From Phoronis australis (taxonomy: Eukaryota > Animalia > Phoronida), in the NCBI GenBank assembly GCA_002633005.1, contig NMRA01000295.1:481633-545632 (forward strand): DNA of 64,000 nt, read 5' to 3'. A model generated the notes under the pieces. That model had not been told where the DNA came from. It did no database searches and saw only the letters and a list, made by a program, of their open reading frames with translations. Position numbers and translations under genes: made by a program. Positions 63,178-64,000 of this stretch are shown here, in pieces (the stretch's first letter is position 1; each line of letters starts with the position of its first letter).

Positions 63178-63186
63178 CTTATTCAT
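63178..63186 (-). CDS. Putative first coding micro-exon of the 129-aa protein (MNK)
   Basis: gcaacATGAATAAG|gtaaat: good start context and a phase-0 donor matching the next exon. Confidence 0.55.
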
Positions 63187-63546
63187 GTTGCTATTCAAAA
63201 AAGATTAACAAATAAAAAGTTGACATCAGACAACAGTGTGTATAGCTACAGCAGAAGCTTGTATTGTTAATTCACTTCGACATCACAGTGTTTCTGTTGA
63301 TCGATCATCGAGCTCCAAAACAATGTGCGACTAAAGTACCAGATTGATGTAAAGTAAGGTTGGATTTTAACACCTTATAAAATGTTTTACCACGTTCTTA
63401 GTTGCCTGTATTCCTGACGTAAGTCGCCGTCTAGTTTGTTGATATGAGTTATAAAAACAGGCGTTAAAATTTCCTAAATTATCAAAAAGAACACTGAGTT
63501 GCTATTGCAGCGCTCATTGAATTGAAAGGTCAAGGTTGAATCAGTC
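63187..63546. promoter_or_regulatory. Putative bidirectional promoter and 5' UTRs between the 129-aa gene and metaxin
   Basis: Divergent start codons separated by 360 bp; inferred from gene geometry only. Confidence 0.5.
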
Positions 63547-63615
63547 ATGGACCTTTCTGTTTGGTCTGGCGGTTGGGGTTTGCCTTCCGTGGACGTAGAT
63601 TGTTTGGCTGCTTTG
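63547..63615 (+). CDS. MTX1: Metaxin-1/3 family, first coding exon (MDLSVWSGGWGLPSVDVDCLAAL)
   Basis: Close match to the metaxin-1 N-terminus MELFCWSGGWGLPSVDLDSLAVL; TTG|gtact donor; the gene continues beyond the window. Confidence 0.88.
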
Positions 63616-63792
63616 GTACTATTTTACTGTTATCTAAACATTGTGATCATTCAGGTGGAACAATTTGTAGCGGAGGTTCTCGTTAATATATTGTGCTCAC
63701 TAGTACACAGTCACTGAATGAGACGTAACGAAACGAGCGGCAGCGGGGGTGCTACTGCTAGCCTGTAGGCCCTGTACTGTAGCCAGCTAGGT

Positions 63793-64000
63793 AATGACCA
63801 TCGCCTCTGTTGGCCCGAACCAGAAGCGATGCAGCTCCTATAGGCGCTCTGTACGCCGGAAGCTTTTGGGCGAATTATGCCTCGCACCGACTAAACCATC
63901 AAAGTCACGTTGTTATAAATACCTTTAGGCAATGACCATCGCCTCTGTTGGCCCGAAGCAGAGGCGATGTAGAGGCTATAGGCGCTCTGTACGCCGGAAG
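63793..64000. repeat. Tandem repeat with 138-bp period whose units carry a GC-rich hairpin (catcgcctctg...cagaggcgatg), in metaxin intron 1
   Basis: Units start at 63793 and 63931; truncated by the window end. Confidence 0.8.

Overview
AT-rich eukaryotic DNA, most likely an invertebrate animal, from a draft heterozygous assembly with single-N joins at 3310, 8237, 23425 and 48630 and a 560-N gap at 43864-44423. Five spliced or single-exon protein-coding genes can be read by hand. (1) The last three coding exons of a probable Bloom-syndrome RecQ helicase (BLM, +, ending at 4073). (2) A six-finger C2H2 zinc-finger gene (-, 5991-7202), with a redundant partial second haplotype copy. (3) A complete 17-coding-exon bubblegum-type long-chain acyl-CoA synthetase (ACSBG, +, 32378-54239, 790 aa). 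(4) An unrecognised 3-exon 129-aa protein (-, 63186 to 60558). (5) The first coding exon of metaxin (+, 63547), head-to-head with gene 4. Introns and intergenic DNA are full of non-autonomous transposons: a 2.7-kb TAG...CTA element with a 7-bp TSD, Harbinger-, Kolobok- and mariner-like MITEs, Helentron-type HINE elements, a LINE 3' remnant, and minisatellites. No prokaryotic systems, CRISPR arrays, rRNA or convincing tRNA genes were seen. All homology calls come from remembered family motifs, not from database searches.
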